From: Sphyrna mokarran
Taxonomy: Eukaryota
Assembly: GCA_024679065.1 (NCBI GenBank)
Contig: JAGIQG010000002.1
Span: 43,834,001 to 43,898,000 of the forward strand
Direction of reading: 5' to 3'
Length of the DNA stretch: 64,000 nucleotides
The notes below the pieces were generated by a model that saw only the letters and a program-made list of their open reading frames with translations, made no database searches and was not told the DNA's origin. Both the position numbers and the translations under genes were made by a program. Shown here piece by piece: positions 41,001 to 53,809 of the stretch (the stretch's first letter is position 1; each line of letters opens with the position of its first letter).

Positions 41001-44000
41001 GAGTGCTGCAGTCAGGTCAGGTCTGACCACATCCATTTCTACCTTGACTTGTGAGTCTTGGATTTGAGCCTGCAATTCACGAATTTCCTGAAGAAAGGAA
41101 TGAAAATATACAAATCAATGTTTGGTCAAAATAGTACATTCTATGTATCTTTAACCAGCATAACATATTTAAATAAATATTACCCAAAGAAGTATTCTCA
41201 ATTATAAAAAACATGCTTACCTCTTCATGAAGTTTCTTTAAGAACATAATTTCTTCTTGCAGTGACTCAACTTTACGTTCCAGATCCAAACGTGCCAGAC
41301 AGGCATCATCCACATCCTCATAGAAACAACAGAAAAATAAAATCCAGAACAAAGTTAATTAAAACAATTATTCTGCGCTGTTGCAATGTTATATAAAACC
41401 TTATCTCAGTGGTGAGCTGCATTCATAATTATTAATTATGCATGATTGCACACATACTGTATAAAATGCTATGTTAATCCTTTTCTATTTGCCTTTGCAA
41501 CTACATGAAGTGAAACAACCATTTTGTGTTTAAGTTGTAAGTGTCTTTAAGTCTGGTATAAAAATCTCCAATAGGGAATGAGAGCTAACATTGATTTTGA
41601 AATTACTTGTTAATCAATTATGATCCAGTAACATTCTGGCACATACTTTGTCCGTCACATTGAATTATACGTGATAATATATAAAACTGAATACAATAAT
41701 TTAAATCACTCATATCAATGCTCAACCATCAGTGGTATTTGAATAGCTTCAACAACATAAAAACCGAGGTTTGGAAAATGTGAAGGATGAGGTAGAGACA
41801 ACAACCATTTTAAACAATGTTAAAAATATGTCCAACAATAACGATTCCAAAATTGACAGACAGCACTCAAGCAGCTCCAGATGCTTGTAAATTTGGCATA
41901 AACTCTATTTCATGCTACACCACCCATCTTCTGGTCAATCTTAAATAGAAATACACAGGCATTACAAACAGAAACATTCCATTCTGCCCAACCAGTTCAT
42001 GTTGGAATTTACTTCCCATGATAATTGCAATGAAAACCAAATTAGACATAAATTAGCCTTATATCCATAGCTTTAAGGAAGCTACAAAGACTCACAGTCA
42101 GCATGCAAGAAGAAAAATAGAAACTTCTGAGCTTTTTTGGGTCAGTTGCAGTCATTCATGATCAGTGATTGTTCAACTCTGCTGTTCGAGAATGACGGTT
42201 GTCATTAACTATCAGAGATGATGAAGTTACAAATCAAATAAAAAGTCATTGTTCAAATTCTAATTATTTTTGTGTATCCTTAATTGATTTTGATATTCTG
42301 CTGATCAAACATTCAAAGAGTTTTAAATAAGATTAAAAAATATTTTTTCAAAAAAAAGTGCTTTTACTCTTTATAAGTTTTTAAAAGTTTTGTTAGAAGT
42401 TAAATATTCCATCCTGTTGTTCCAGATTGCTGTATTTCATTGCTGAAAATGCAGCTGGCACTCATGCTGAACGGGATTAGGCTGGAAGATGAAGGCAGTT
42501 ATTTAAACCTGCTATGAAGTCTTGATGATCAAACAGTTGGTGACATTAATTGCAGCTTGAGCTTTGATGTGGTAACTTCAGTACAAAGCACTGTAATAAG
42601 TTCTCTAATTAGACAGGACAGTTAGGTTTGTTCAATAGTGAGCGAGTTTGATGCTATAGAACAGCCATGGTGCTGATTTTATTAACACTGGGTCAATTAC
42701 GAAACAGCAGCTATTGTGTTCTATTTGCTGTTTGAGGGACAATACTTTAAAATGCTTTGAAGGCAACATTACCTAATCAGCTGTACTAGAGATTTTGTGA
42801 TCATTTAACAATCAACTGAGTCTTTTATAAAAATGCATCCAATTAAGTTTGTAACTATAAAGGGGAATAAAGAAATGGCTGAGAAATTACATTCCTATTT
42901 TGCAAATATTTGTCTTAAATATTTATTGTTTGTAACAGTTGTCTTCACAAACAAAGACATGAATAATATGCCATAAGTGCTGCGAGGAACATATTTTAGT
43001 GCAGAACATTAGTAGAGAAATGGTTTGGGGAAATTAATAGGATTGAAGGTGGATAATTCTCTAAGACCTGATAATTTTCATCTCAAGTACTTAAGGAAAT
43101 GGCCCTCGAAATAGTAGATCCATTGGTAGTTATTTTTCAAAATCCTTTGGACTCTGCAGTTGTTCCTACAGATTAGTTACCATCCAATGTAAGCTCACTA
43201 TTCAAACAGAAAGAAAACAGGGAACTAAAGACTAGTGAACCTAACATTGGCACTGGGGAAGTTGCTAGAGTCTATTATCAAGGATTCATATCTCAGCATT
43301 TGGAAGTCAGTGGTATAATAAGCAAAGCCAACATGTGTACAATCAGACAAAGTCAGCATGGATTTACAAAAGGGAAATGATGCTTGACAAATCTATTAGA
43401 ATTTTTTGAGGATGTAACTGGTAGAACTGACCAAGGAGAACGAGTAGATATGATTTACTTCGATTTTCAGAAGGTTTTAAACAAGGTCTTACATAACAGA
43501 CTACTATGTAAAGTTAAAGCACATGGGATTGCAGGTAACATCTTGAGATGGATAGAAAGATGTTTAGCAGATAGGAAGCTAAGAGTTGGCACAAATTGAT
43601 CTTTTCTAATTGGCAGTCAGTGACTATTGGGATTCCACAGAAATCTGTGCTCAGACCCCAACTGTTCCCATTATAATGATATGGAAGAGGGAACTGAATG
43701 TATTATCTCCAAATATGCAGATAATACAAAGTAGGGTAGGAGGATGAGTTGAGGGGAATACAGAGATGCTTCAGCATGATTCAGCAGGCTGAATATGTGG
43801 GCATCTGCACGGCAGATGCAGCGTAATGTGGATAAACCTGAGTGTATGCACTTTGGCAACAATAATAGGAAGATAGATTATTACTTGAATGGGCGTAAAT
43901 TGAGAGAGGAGGATACTCAACAAGAGCTTTGGAGTTCTCATGCATCAATCGTTGAAAGTAAGCACTCAGGTACAGCTCGCAGTAAAGAAGATAAATATGT

Positions 44001-47000
44001 TGGCTTTCATAGTGAGAATTTGAGTATAGGGATAGGAATGTTTTGCTGCAACTGATGAGGTCACACCTGGAATATTGTGTGCAGTTTTGGTATCCTTACC
44101 TGAGGAAGGATGGCTTTGCTATAGAGGGAGTAGCGTAGAGCAAGTGTAGAGCAACACAGCACGGGAAACAGGCCCTTCGGCCCAACGAGCCCACGCCGCT
44201 GTCATAACTATATAGTAACAATTCCATTATCCTATTCTAATTTTAGGTTATTCCTAATATGGAAGAATCTCAATGTAGGGACAATTTGTTTCCCAATCAG
44301 CCTAAGAGCGAATTTTTGGGATGTGGGAGGAAACCGGAGCGCCCGGAGAAAACCCACGCAACCACGGGGAGAACGCGCAAACTCCCGCAGACACTGGCCC
44401 AATTCCAAGTGTCTGCACAGCTACAGCGATAGTCACTGAGCTGTCATGGTGCCCTTCAGATGGTTCAGATAAAGCACTCATTTACGACATGAAGCACCAG
44501 GCAACCCATGAATCAACATCCAAGAGCTCGCACCACCTGCCAAATGCATGCTGCTTGTTGGTCAAGTTGGACCGAATTACCTGTGGGAAAAAAAGCCATA
44601 GTTAAACAGTCCTACAGTGTAGGACTGTACAGAGTACAGTGAAGGCTAACCAGGCTGATTCCAGGGATAGCAGGTCTGTCATATGAGAAGCTAATTCGGT
44701 TAGGATTATTCACTGGAGTTTAGAAGAGTGACAGGGGATCTCATAAAAACTTAGAAAATTTTAAGGGTTGGACAGGATAGATTCAGAAAGAATATTCCAA
44801 TAGTTGGAGGATACAGATTAAACCTTTTAGAACTTTAGAGCAATTTCTACAAGCAGAAAATGTGTGGAATTCACTACCACATAATTTATTGATACCAAAA
44901 CATTGTCTGATTTCAAGAAGAAATTAGATATAGCTCGTGGGGCTAAAGGGGTCAAGGGATGGGGGAATTAGGATAATGAATTCAATGATTAGCCATGATC
45001 AAAATGAATGGCAGAACAGTCTTGAAGAGCCAAATGGATAACTCCTGCTTATAATTTTTACATTTCTATAAATAGAGAACCAAAATAATGTTTTTTCAAT
45101 TGTTTGACTCCTATAGAAGTACTTCTTTCTAGCAAATCACAGAATGTGGGGAGACTGAAAGCATTCTTAGCACCTTACTTGGCGAAGGACAATTAAGTTT
45201 TTGGTAACAAACAGAACGACACATTAAATTAGTCCAAATGAAAAACAATAGCATGTTTGACCATTCTTAGCTTATCTTTGTGTTTAATTTTTTACAGCTC
45301 ATTTCATACAAGATCTCAATTAAATACACACAAGTTAAAAACATGTTTGATACAAGTGTTATTGGTCAATGAGTTAATGCCTTCAGGACAGGAATAAGAA
45401 AGGGAAACAGATCAATGAAGTTTTTTTCACTGTTTTTGAGTATTCTGTTGTTAGCATGTTGCATGTGGGTTACCAAATTGTGTGTTCCTTTATTCAATAA
45501 TTATTTTTTTTCTAGAAAAAAATTAAAGCTTTGCTTTCTAGTTTCCTTGTCACTAAGATGTTAATGTTGCTACTGCAACAACTCTAATCTACTGATTTCC
45601 AGCTGTACAAAAGTATCTAGTCATTTAATTATTTTACTGATATGAGCAGTGTTCTTTTCACAGCATCTCAAGACAAATTCTTGTTGGACTTCACTTCATA
45701 TTAGTGGGGAATAACAAATAGCCGATCCTTGGAATCATTGTTACCACAGTTCATTTGACACAATCATGCGTTAGACTGATAAAAGTTTGTGCATCTGCTC
45801 AAACTCAATCACGTCTATCCACCACAGGGGGAGCTAATGGAAGCAATAAGTTGCTTCTCAGTGCAAAGGAATCTTAATGAAAGGGACTGCCCCAGAATGC
45901 CACACCCTGTAGACTCAGGAAAGACGTGTGGTTGTGGGCCTCTGGATCAAACACAGCAAGAATTACTTTAAAAAGAATGTGTTCTTTAATTTAACAGAAC
46001 AAAAGAAGAAAAGAACAAAAGAAACTGCACTGATGCAAGAGCAGTAAAACAGTGGCTGCTTAGTAATTCTGTCCAGCTGGAACTTCAGAAAGAGAGTATT
46101 CCATCATGCACAGTCAGCCTCTGGGAGCCAGACGCTTCCTCAGGAAGAGAGAAAATTACTGGCCATGTCACCCCAGGCTGCTCTTGTGCATTTTCCATAG
46201 GATGTCTCTGAATATCATCAGCAGAATTCCATGCTGACTCAGGGAGTCAGACACCATGTATTATGCAGTTACAACAACACTTTGATTCTTGCTCTTTGCT
46301 GAATTAACCAATAATACCTGGGACACTGAGGACATTTTCACAGACATCCAGATAACCTGAACTGGGAAAACGGGAAAAAATGCCACTTTTTTTGCAAAGA
46401 GCACATATATGGCCATCCAGTGAGGATGGTAGCATACCTTACCTTGACTGATCCCACCAAGTAAACTGCTCACACAGCTGGGGTAATTTTAACCTAACTC
46501 ACCAGGCGGGGCTCCTGCAGGGTTGGCTGGCATGCCAGCTTGCACCCTAGTGCATATAAAATCAATTGCCCACCCCAGCCCTCTCCTCAGGTGGGTTAGG
46601 TTAAAATTGCCCCTCTAGGAGTAGATATCGAAATCAAAGCTACTTATAGGAATATCTTTACAGGTGGTCGACTACAGCAGGGTGAGCAAAGGATGAAAAG
46701 CAATCAGAAGCAGAGACTTGGGAAAAGATTTTTGGTTGACATTGACATATTTAAGAAATAATCAAATAAATTACATTTCAGATGCTTTTGTAATACCCTT
46801 CTTGTTGCATTGATTTTATCCCCAAATGTTCTAAATTGTTATAAATTCCTAAGTTTTGCAGAAAGCTACTCGCTGCAGGGAATGTTAGAACGTGAGGGGT
46901 GTGGTTCAAAAGAAGGGACCGTTCTAAGGCAGCTATTTAAAGGCCTTTTCTCTGCTCACAGATTGGATTGGGTGTGTCTGTCTCTCTGTATGTGGTCACT

Positions 47001-48993
47001 TGGTGGGAGGCTTGCCGTCCGGTTTCGTGGGCATTGACTATCAACTCGAGCCCTCCCGATCACTGAAATCAGGTTGAATTTTTACCGATGGCAATGGGTT
47101 TAGTGTTCATACCTGTCTGAAAGCTGCCAGGTTGTTTTCGGCCTCCTCCCGCTGAAGAATTTCATCTTGCAATCTGCAAATAACGGTATTGAGATATCAG
47201 ATAGTTTCCACTTCGCCTCGAAGGGCGGCGTTTGAAGCCGCCCTGAACTTTCACTGCTGGACACTAAAGTTTTAAGGATGCTTAAATCCCTCTCCTTAAT
47301 TACCTATATTCTCGCTTTTCTTTCCAGTTGAATATATAGATATATATCCCAAGAACTGAAATCGATTGCTTTGCAAAAGTTTTGGTTAAATGTTTGCAAT
47401 CTTATTCAAACATTGGAATTAAGTCGCAGATACTGGTTGAACAGATACTAAGGGCGGAGTTAGTGTCTGTCCTAAAGTGTGCATTTAAACCTGCAGTCCA
47501 CAAATTGGGCGCCACTTTCCCCAACTCAATTTGAAAGCAAACAAACGGGATGTTCCCCCATCCAAAATCAGGACAATTCTTGACTTTGAATTTAGGCTAC
47601 AATTACGCTGCTAAGGCTAACTCTAATGTAAGGACGCTTCACCATTTCAATGGTGACATGACACATGTGATACAAGTCGCCAAAGGGAGATGATTAGAAG
47701 AGTGACGGGACAGGGTGGGGGTGGGGAAAGGAGTCCCGCCCTCCTTCCCCCACCCCCGGCTAAATCAGGAGCGTCTGCCCAGTTTACGAAACGCAAGATG
47801 ATCTCACGAGCTCAGTTTCCAAAGATCCATTCGGATGACTGAGCTCTTTTCTCCCGCTGCCACTTCCACACCCATCAATAGCTCCAATCACTGCACACAG
47901 ATCCGCGAATTCACAAATCTCCTCTAACACCCAGGCTGGAAATAACAATGAAGTGTGGAGTATCCACAGGAACTAAAGGGAACTTTATACAACTTGCCAG
48001 ACCAGCTGATATCATTCCACAATCCATTTGCACCAAGACATTTCTTTCTGATTTACACAAAAAAAAGTCTTGCCCTGAGGAGTTAAGAGCGGATTTAACT
48101 ATGTACTCTTGAGAGCTTTCAAACATTCTTCTAAGGAATGTCTGCATTCTCAGACTGCTGTGGGATTATCTGATGCCAATGAATCCATTATAGCGGCTTA
48201 GTATTTCCAGCATTTTTGTTTTGTTTCTAATCGAAAAAGCGTTCCCCCCCCAAAAAAAAATAACCCACAAATGTTGCTGATGTAGAGAAACATATTCTTC
48301 ATTACAGTTTTAGTCTGAGTCTGTTATTTTAGAGTAACTTGCAGTCCAGTTAGTTCCCTCTCATTGTGTGAAAGTGGACAACTTTTGAAGGACATCTGTA
48401 CACCTCACCTTCCCCGCCCCCCTAAACCAAGTGAGCCCCACTGTACCGAGATAGTAAGAAGCACACACTCACTTCTCTCTCAACTTCTGGAGATCGTCCG
48501 CCAGGTTATCCCTCTCCACCTCCATGCGGGATTTCTCATTGTTGACCTGGTCGATCTGGAGGCGCAGGTCTCTCAGCTCCTGCTCGTACATATCGCCGAC
48601 GCGGGACCTGGGCTTGCCCTTCAGCATCTCCAATTCGGCCAGCAGCATCTTGTTCTGCTGCTCCAGCCCCCTCACCTTGTCCAGGAAGCTGGCCAGGCGG
48701 TCGTTCAGTTCGATCATCTCGGCTTTTTCGTTGCTACGGTTCACCTTGAACTCCGAGTTCATGGCATCTACCAGGGAGAAGTTCAGGCTGCTCCCCACGG
48801 ATGCCCCCGGGGCGCTGCTCCTGGCGTACGCCGCCTTGCTGCGCCGGATCATCGGCTGCTGCGAGTAACTGCTGATCCTGGTGCTGGAGCTAACGCGCGG
48901 CACTGTACGGACCGAGTAAGAGCGGTAGCTGGATATGGGCTTTACTGGTGCCTCGCTAAAGATCCGGCGGTAGGTACTCTTTGTAACGGACAT
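32061..48993 (-). CDS. VIM: Vimentin, 9 coding exons, 450 aa
   Basis: Exons 48993-48473, 47173-47113, 41316-41221, 41087-40926, 39125-39000, 34500-34280, 33460-33417, 32278-32193, 32096-32061 total 1353 nt; GT-AG introns; internal exon sizes 61/96/162/126/221/44/86 match the VIM pattern; YRRIF head motif, [14 protein letters not shown]; HACD1 synteny. Confidence 0.9.
32193..32278 (-). CDS. VIM: Vimentin exon 8
   Basis: [29 protein letters not shown]. Confidence 0.88.
33417..33460 (-). CDS. VIM: Vimentin exon 7
   Basis: [15 protein letters not shown], 44 nt. Confidence 0.88.
34280..34500 (-). CDS. VIM: Vimentin exon 6
   Basis: [26 protein letters not shown]. Confidence 0.95.
35390..35615 (+). 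mobile_element. Old DeuSINE/SacSINE1-like 3' fragment
   Basis: AAATTGGCTGC..ACTGCACTTTGAAAGT..ATTGGCTGT; approximate reverse complement of part of 53810-54420. Confidence 0.45.
36055..37735 (+). mobile_element. Young CR1 insertion with 5' inversion in vimentin intron 5
   Basis: 36055-37064 is an inverted RT segment; 37077-37735 is the sense 3' end; flanked by TTTCAC at 36049-36054 and 37736-37741. Confidence 0.9.
39000..39125 (-). CDS. VIM: Vimentin exon 5
   Basis: [42 protein letters not shown]. Confidence 0.93.
39404..40480. mobile_element. Non-autonomous TIR element with a nested CR1 3' end (about 39620-39890, minus)
   Basis: Imperfect termini AGGGTGGAACTTTCCC / GGGAAAAATCACTCT; interior resembles 23166-24045. 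Confidence 0.45.
40926..41087 (-). CDS. VIM: Vimentin exon 4
   Basis: [54 protein letters not shown] (not in the ORF track). Confidence 0.93.
41221..41316 (-). CDS. VIM: Vimentin exon 3
   Basis: [32 protein letters not shown]. Confidence 0.93.
42855..45065 (+). mobile_element. Decayed CR1 with a nested SINE (44150-44455, minus)
   Basis: [33 protein letters not shown]. Confidence 0.85.
46480..46613. mobile_element. Short MITE
   Basis: TIRs GGGGTAATTTTAACCTAA / TTAGGTTAAAATTGCCCC. Confidence 0.75.
47113..47173 (-). CDS. VIM: Vimentin exon 2
   Basis: (K)[20 protein letters not shown], 61 nt. Confidence 0.93.
48473..48993 (-). CDS. VIM: Vimentin exon 1 (CpG island)
   Basis: [33 protein letters not shown]; donor GTGAGT. 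Confidence 0.95.
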
Positions 48994-49091
48994 TTTGTAA
49001 TCCTTGTTGGGAGATACTCTACTTTCTGAATCTTCTCACACAGGCACCAACTTCTATGGGCTGCAAGAGAGGGATTGCTGGCAGATGCCTC

Positions 49092-49112
49092 CTATTTATA
49101 GGGAACTTTCCC
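49092..49112 (-). promoter_or_regulatory. Vimentin TATA box overlapping a MEF2 consensus, next to a kB-like site
   Basis: TATAAATA on minus (49100-49093) within CTATTTATAG; GGGAACTTTCCC at 49101-49112. Confidence 0.65.
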
Positions 49113-50789
49113 GTGGGGGTCCGTGAGGCGAGTGCTGCTGCTGTGATTGACAGCGCATGGACCAACCGGCATCTGGCAGCAGCAAAGTTGGACCATCACC
49201 CACAACTTTACACACTACTTCATGAGGCGGGGAGCTGAAGGATTTGTAAGCATCTCGCTTCAGACTACAGACTTCCCGCCATTCCCTCCACCCCCCCCCC
49301 CCCCTTAAGATTGATCCAGAGGAAGCCAATCTTACTCTGGTAGAATGGTAGAGATCCGCTAATCCTAAAACCACTGTTTTTACTGAGCAAATTCAATCAA
49401 TCTAACACGAGTTGTTCTATTCACTATTCTAGTTAGTTCTAGTTAATTGAATGCTGTCACCAAAGCAGTTGGATAATAAATCGGTTGGATTTAAAATTGG
49501 GTGTTGCTAAATTCTTACTGAGTTCTTACCAAAGCAGTGACCAGACTATCTTAAACAATCGGTGAGATTTTTTAAAGTATGCATGATGTTTGATTTTAAA
49601 AAAATGAATTCCGAGGAAGTATGATAAAAACACCAGAGGTCAGTGTAACACAAAGACTGCTTTGACGGCAGTAGTGCGAAGCCAAAGAAGCATACTTTTG
49701 GAAGGCAAAGTACAGATCGATTGTTACATACGTTCTTTTCATCTAAAAACAGTAGGGAAACAGGCTGCTGCTATTGTTGGACCAAGCCGGAATCCCACTA
49801 CATCATTGCACATGCATTTTACAAGCTTTCTACTAAAAATCAATATATTTCAGGGAGAACGTTACAAAAGCGGGGAGTTTGGTCTGAGTACAGAACCATC
49901 CCAAGCTGGGGCTCAGTGCTGAAAAGGGCGGGGTCGCTCGACAAAACTGCAACTCTGCAATCCCTTTGTAACTTCTAGGCATCCTGAGAACTCTGTAAAA
50001 CCTCAACGCAATTGAAAAGCTCAGCCAGAATCTTAAAATGTACAAGTTAATTGCTTTTTCATGTTTTTGGCATTGTTTGCCGAGATTGGAAATACGTCCC
50101 AAATGTTACTTGTAAGTCTGGAAAAATAAATTTTTCTGCCCCACCATCGTCGGAGAACGTCCTCACTGTTTGTCTGATGACCCACATTACAGTAGATTAA
50201 ATCTGTCCCTTTTTTGATCGATGATGTGAATCCACTGGGAAACTAGCAGTAAATGCTAGAACCCTTTCCAGTTGCTATGGAAGTTGCTGCACTTGGTTTG
50301 CGTCAGAATTAATTCCAAACGACTTTGTATCCTGGGGACGAAAAGGCTTGAGTCGGGAAAGGTGGGCGTTTCTCTTACAGCAGCAGCCTTAAGAATAATT
50401 TCCCATAAGAGAAATTATCTATTAATATTCCCAATAATATGAGCTTAAAAAATTGTCAAGCTATGTGAATCTTACAAACCATTAAGACCTATATAAAGAT
50501 ATTTGGATACAGCCATCCTGTTAGCCCCGCTCCTTTGCTCCTTCCCCATAGCCCTACATTTTTTTTTCATTTTTGCTTCAATATCATCTGACAGCTATAA
50601 TTAAATCTGTTTCCACTTTTTCAGCCAGTGCATTCCAGATCGTAATAGCATGCTTGGTAGCAAGAATTCCACCCCACCCCCATCCCTTCTTTTGTCAATA
50701 ATCTTAAATCTGTGTTCTCTGGTTACAGGTCTTACTCCTCCTCCCGCAGTGGATACTGCTTTCATGGACCTGATGTCTGTGTGAAGAAT

Positions 50790-51355
50790 TACCCAGCTGA
50801 TGTCATATTTAAGTTAAGAAAGCCCAACAACACCTCTACTTTCTCAGAAGGCTAAGAAAATTTGGCATGTCAGCTATGACTCCAATTTTTACAGATGTAC
50901 CATAGAAAGCATTCTTTCTGGTTGTATCAGTTTGGTATGGCTCCCGCTCTACCCAAGACCGCAAGACGACAAATGGTCATGAATGTAGCCTAATCCATCA
51001 CACAAGCCAGTTTCCCATTCATTGACTCTGTCTACACTCCCTGCTGCTTTGGCAAAGCAGCCAACATAATTAAAAACATTCTCTCTTTCACCTTGCATCG
51101 GAAAAAAAGATACAAAATGCGGTCACGTTCCAACAGACTCAAGAACAGTTTCTTCCCTGCTGCCATCACACTTTTGAATGGACCTGCCTTGCATTGTTAA
51201 GTCGATCTTTCTCTAGACACCAGCTATGACTGTAATGCTACTTTACTCTCTCCTTTCCTTCTCTACGTATAGTATGCTTTGTCTGTATAGCGTGCAAGAA
51301 ACATTACTTTTCACTGTATACTAATAAATGTGACAATAATAAATCAAATCAAATA
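50790..51355 (+). mobile_element. Rex1/Babar 3' fragment
   Basis: FYRCTIESILSGCI and RLKNSFFPAAI remnants; AATAAATCAAATCAAAT tail. Confidence 0.75.
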
Positions 51356-51477
51356 CTTATTACCCCCAAAAAGTTCATCACAATTTGAGATTGTCAGGCT
51401 GGACACTGAGGACACCCAGTCTCTATCTCATCACCACTTTTCACAACCTTCACTCTCTTCAAAGTGTTTGATAGTTT

Positions 51478-51690
51478 TTATTTGATTTGATTTATTAGCG
51501 TTGCATGTATTGGTAAACAGTGAAAAGTATTGTTCCTTGCACATTATACAAAATATACCATTCACAGAGAAGGAAAGGAGAAGATGGAGAATACATTGTT
51601 ACAATCATAGCTAGCGTGTAGAGAAAGATCAATTTAATGTGAGGTAGCTCCATTCAAAAGTCTGATGGCAGCAGGAAAGAAGCTGTTAAA
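51478..51690 (-). mobile_element. Rex1/Babar 3' end, inverted relative to the previous copy
   Basis: Starts TTTGATTTGATTTATT; resembles 4270-4480. Confidence 0.7.
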
Positions 51691-52179
51691 ATATAGTATT
51701 GTGAGAAAGTTTAAGAGAGTAAATTTTAAAAGCATAGAATGAGAGTAAAACTTAGAATTAGAGGGAATGCTGCAACAGCTTTGAGATGTCGCCATGCTCT
51801 GACATCATCTGAAACCTAAGCTATTTCAAAACTGCTGGTTAGAATCCAGTACCAGATGAACAGGAATTCCTCCAGAAATTTCTCATCACAGTTCCATGGG
51901 CCTGTAGCTTCCTGGGCCCCTCAGCAGGGTGTGGGGGTGTGGGAGTATTCCAAAGATTTGGAATCTCTCTTGGAAGTTCCCAAGTAAGGACTTATTTGGC
52001 AATTGTCCAGAAGCATCAACTTCCCCTGGAAATTGAAAGCTGCACTGCAAACCATCTGACAAACAATTTAACTTTGGATTGTTATGGCAGTTTTACACCA
52101 TAAGTTAGCCTGAAAAAGTTGGACAAAATAAAACCATTTCTAACTTCAGCATATCGATTTTAAATGTCCGGACTGAACC

Positions 52180-52850
52180 CTACACGGAACACCCTGCCCC
52201 ACTCTCCAGACCTTCCATTCCTCAACTAATCAACATCTAGGTATTTCTAAACACTCCCATAGCATTTCCCCCACACTCTGACATCCAGCCACAAGGGCCT
52301 TTCCCCCCTCTCTCTCCAACTCCCTGGGCTGACACTAAATTTCCTCCCCCCCTTTCAATCTAACACTCCCCCAGTCTCAGCCCCATCCCCACAAGCAGAC
52401 ATGCACCTCCAGAGTAGATCTGAATCCTCCCCCGCCCCCCAAAAGGTGTGGATCCAGATCCTGACAGAGTGGATCTTCTCCCCACCCCCTTCCCCCACTG
52501 AGTGGACCTGGATCCTGGTACTGTCAAAGTGGACACAACTGTCCTGGCAGACCCAAACCCCAACATCCCCAGAATGGACCACACCATCCCACCGTACTCC
52601 TCCCCACCCCCTGTCCCATCTCTGAGAACCTGGATTCAGTATCTCTGGAGGAGACCTAATCACACCCCCTCTTCCCAATTCCCAAGAGGACCCAGATCCT
52701 GAGAACTCCAGATCAGAGCTAGTCCCCCCTCAGTCTTCAAGCAGATCTAGACCTGGAAATATCTGTGTGGACCCAAACACTCACAACATCCAGAGTGGAC
52801 CTTGTGAACAACACCCCATCCCCAGACTGAACACCCCACAATATGATAAA
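52180..52850. repeat. Degenerate C-rich minisatellite-like tract
   Basis: Recurrent GAGTGGACC/GGATCC(A/T)G units separated by C-runs. Confidence 0.55.
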
Positions 52851-53809
52851 CTGTATCGATCCTCTTCATTAATCAGACAGCCTATCTACACCCATTTGAG
52901 CTCACAAAGGAGTCAGCTGGAGGCTGGATAGTGCTCCTGAAACTGCACCCTGTCCCCAGCAAGGAGAAAAATGGCAAAATAGCAAAATACACAACATCTA
53001 CAACAGGAATACTGTGCTCTAAAGGATCAAAGTTTCTGTTTTGTGACTTGAGTTCAAACACATTTCCTAATTTAAACAACTGTTGACTCATAATTAGGAT
53101 TTGAACTCAAGATAGTGGATAGTGTAAACTAAACATTTAGAGTTGAAGCATCCTGCTAGAGAACTTGAATACTAAAGTAATACAAAACCTCTTATGATTT
53201 TCATTTCACCTCCCCCTGCTTCACTGATATCAAGTATATAATTTAGCGCAAGGCTGCTTTTTAATGTAGGAACTTTCTTGTATGTTTATCTAAAGTATGT
53301 ATTTTCTGCTATTAGTTCTCTTTCATCTCTCACTTGTTCTCTGAGTAAAGGTATCACTTGGAACTAGGAGAGTGAGAGAGCATCAGGATAGTTACACTGG
53401 AGTGCTAACAAGTTAACTATTGATATGTGGTAGAAATGAAGTGGGTGCTGTGCTGGGCAGCTGTTTCATCCCTAATGGGAGGCATAATTGATTTTGGTGG
53501 TCAAGTATTAAATACATTGATTAAATCCACTGCTGACATCAATTATTCTGCTCATAGAAAGCTTATCATTTGGGAAGTGCACTTACCATCACTTAAAGAC
53601 ATTGTGCAGCTCTAAAAGAAAGATGCAGTTTTAAAGGTGGTTAATTATTACTGCATAACTGGGGCAACAGTCAGCAAGTTTGAGGTAATTCACTGATGGA
53701 TGGCCTTTTGTAACAAATAGGATTCAGCAGCTTCTCCATCTTTCAATTTACCTGTACAATCATCCAGCAAGAGATGTAATTGGACAGGCCAATGGGAAAG
53801 GAAAGGAAT

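Noticed and set aside
32061-48993. Desmin, peripherin or GFAP assignment
   Set aside because: Exon sizes (44-nt exon 7, 86-nt exon 8), NNDALR motif and HACD1 linkage favour vimentin; phylogeny is still needed to say which tandem copy is the true ortholog
48364-49029. 221-aa and 114-aa plus-strand ORFs
   Set aside because: Antisense shadows of the GC-rich vimentin exon 1
52355-52702. Four overlapping Pro/Gly-rich ORFs
   Set aside because: Products of the low-complexity C-rich repeat
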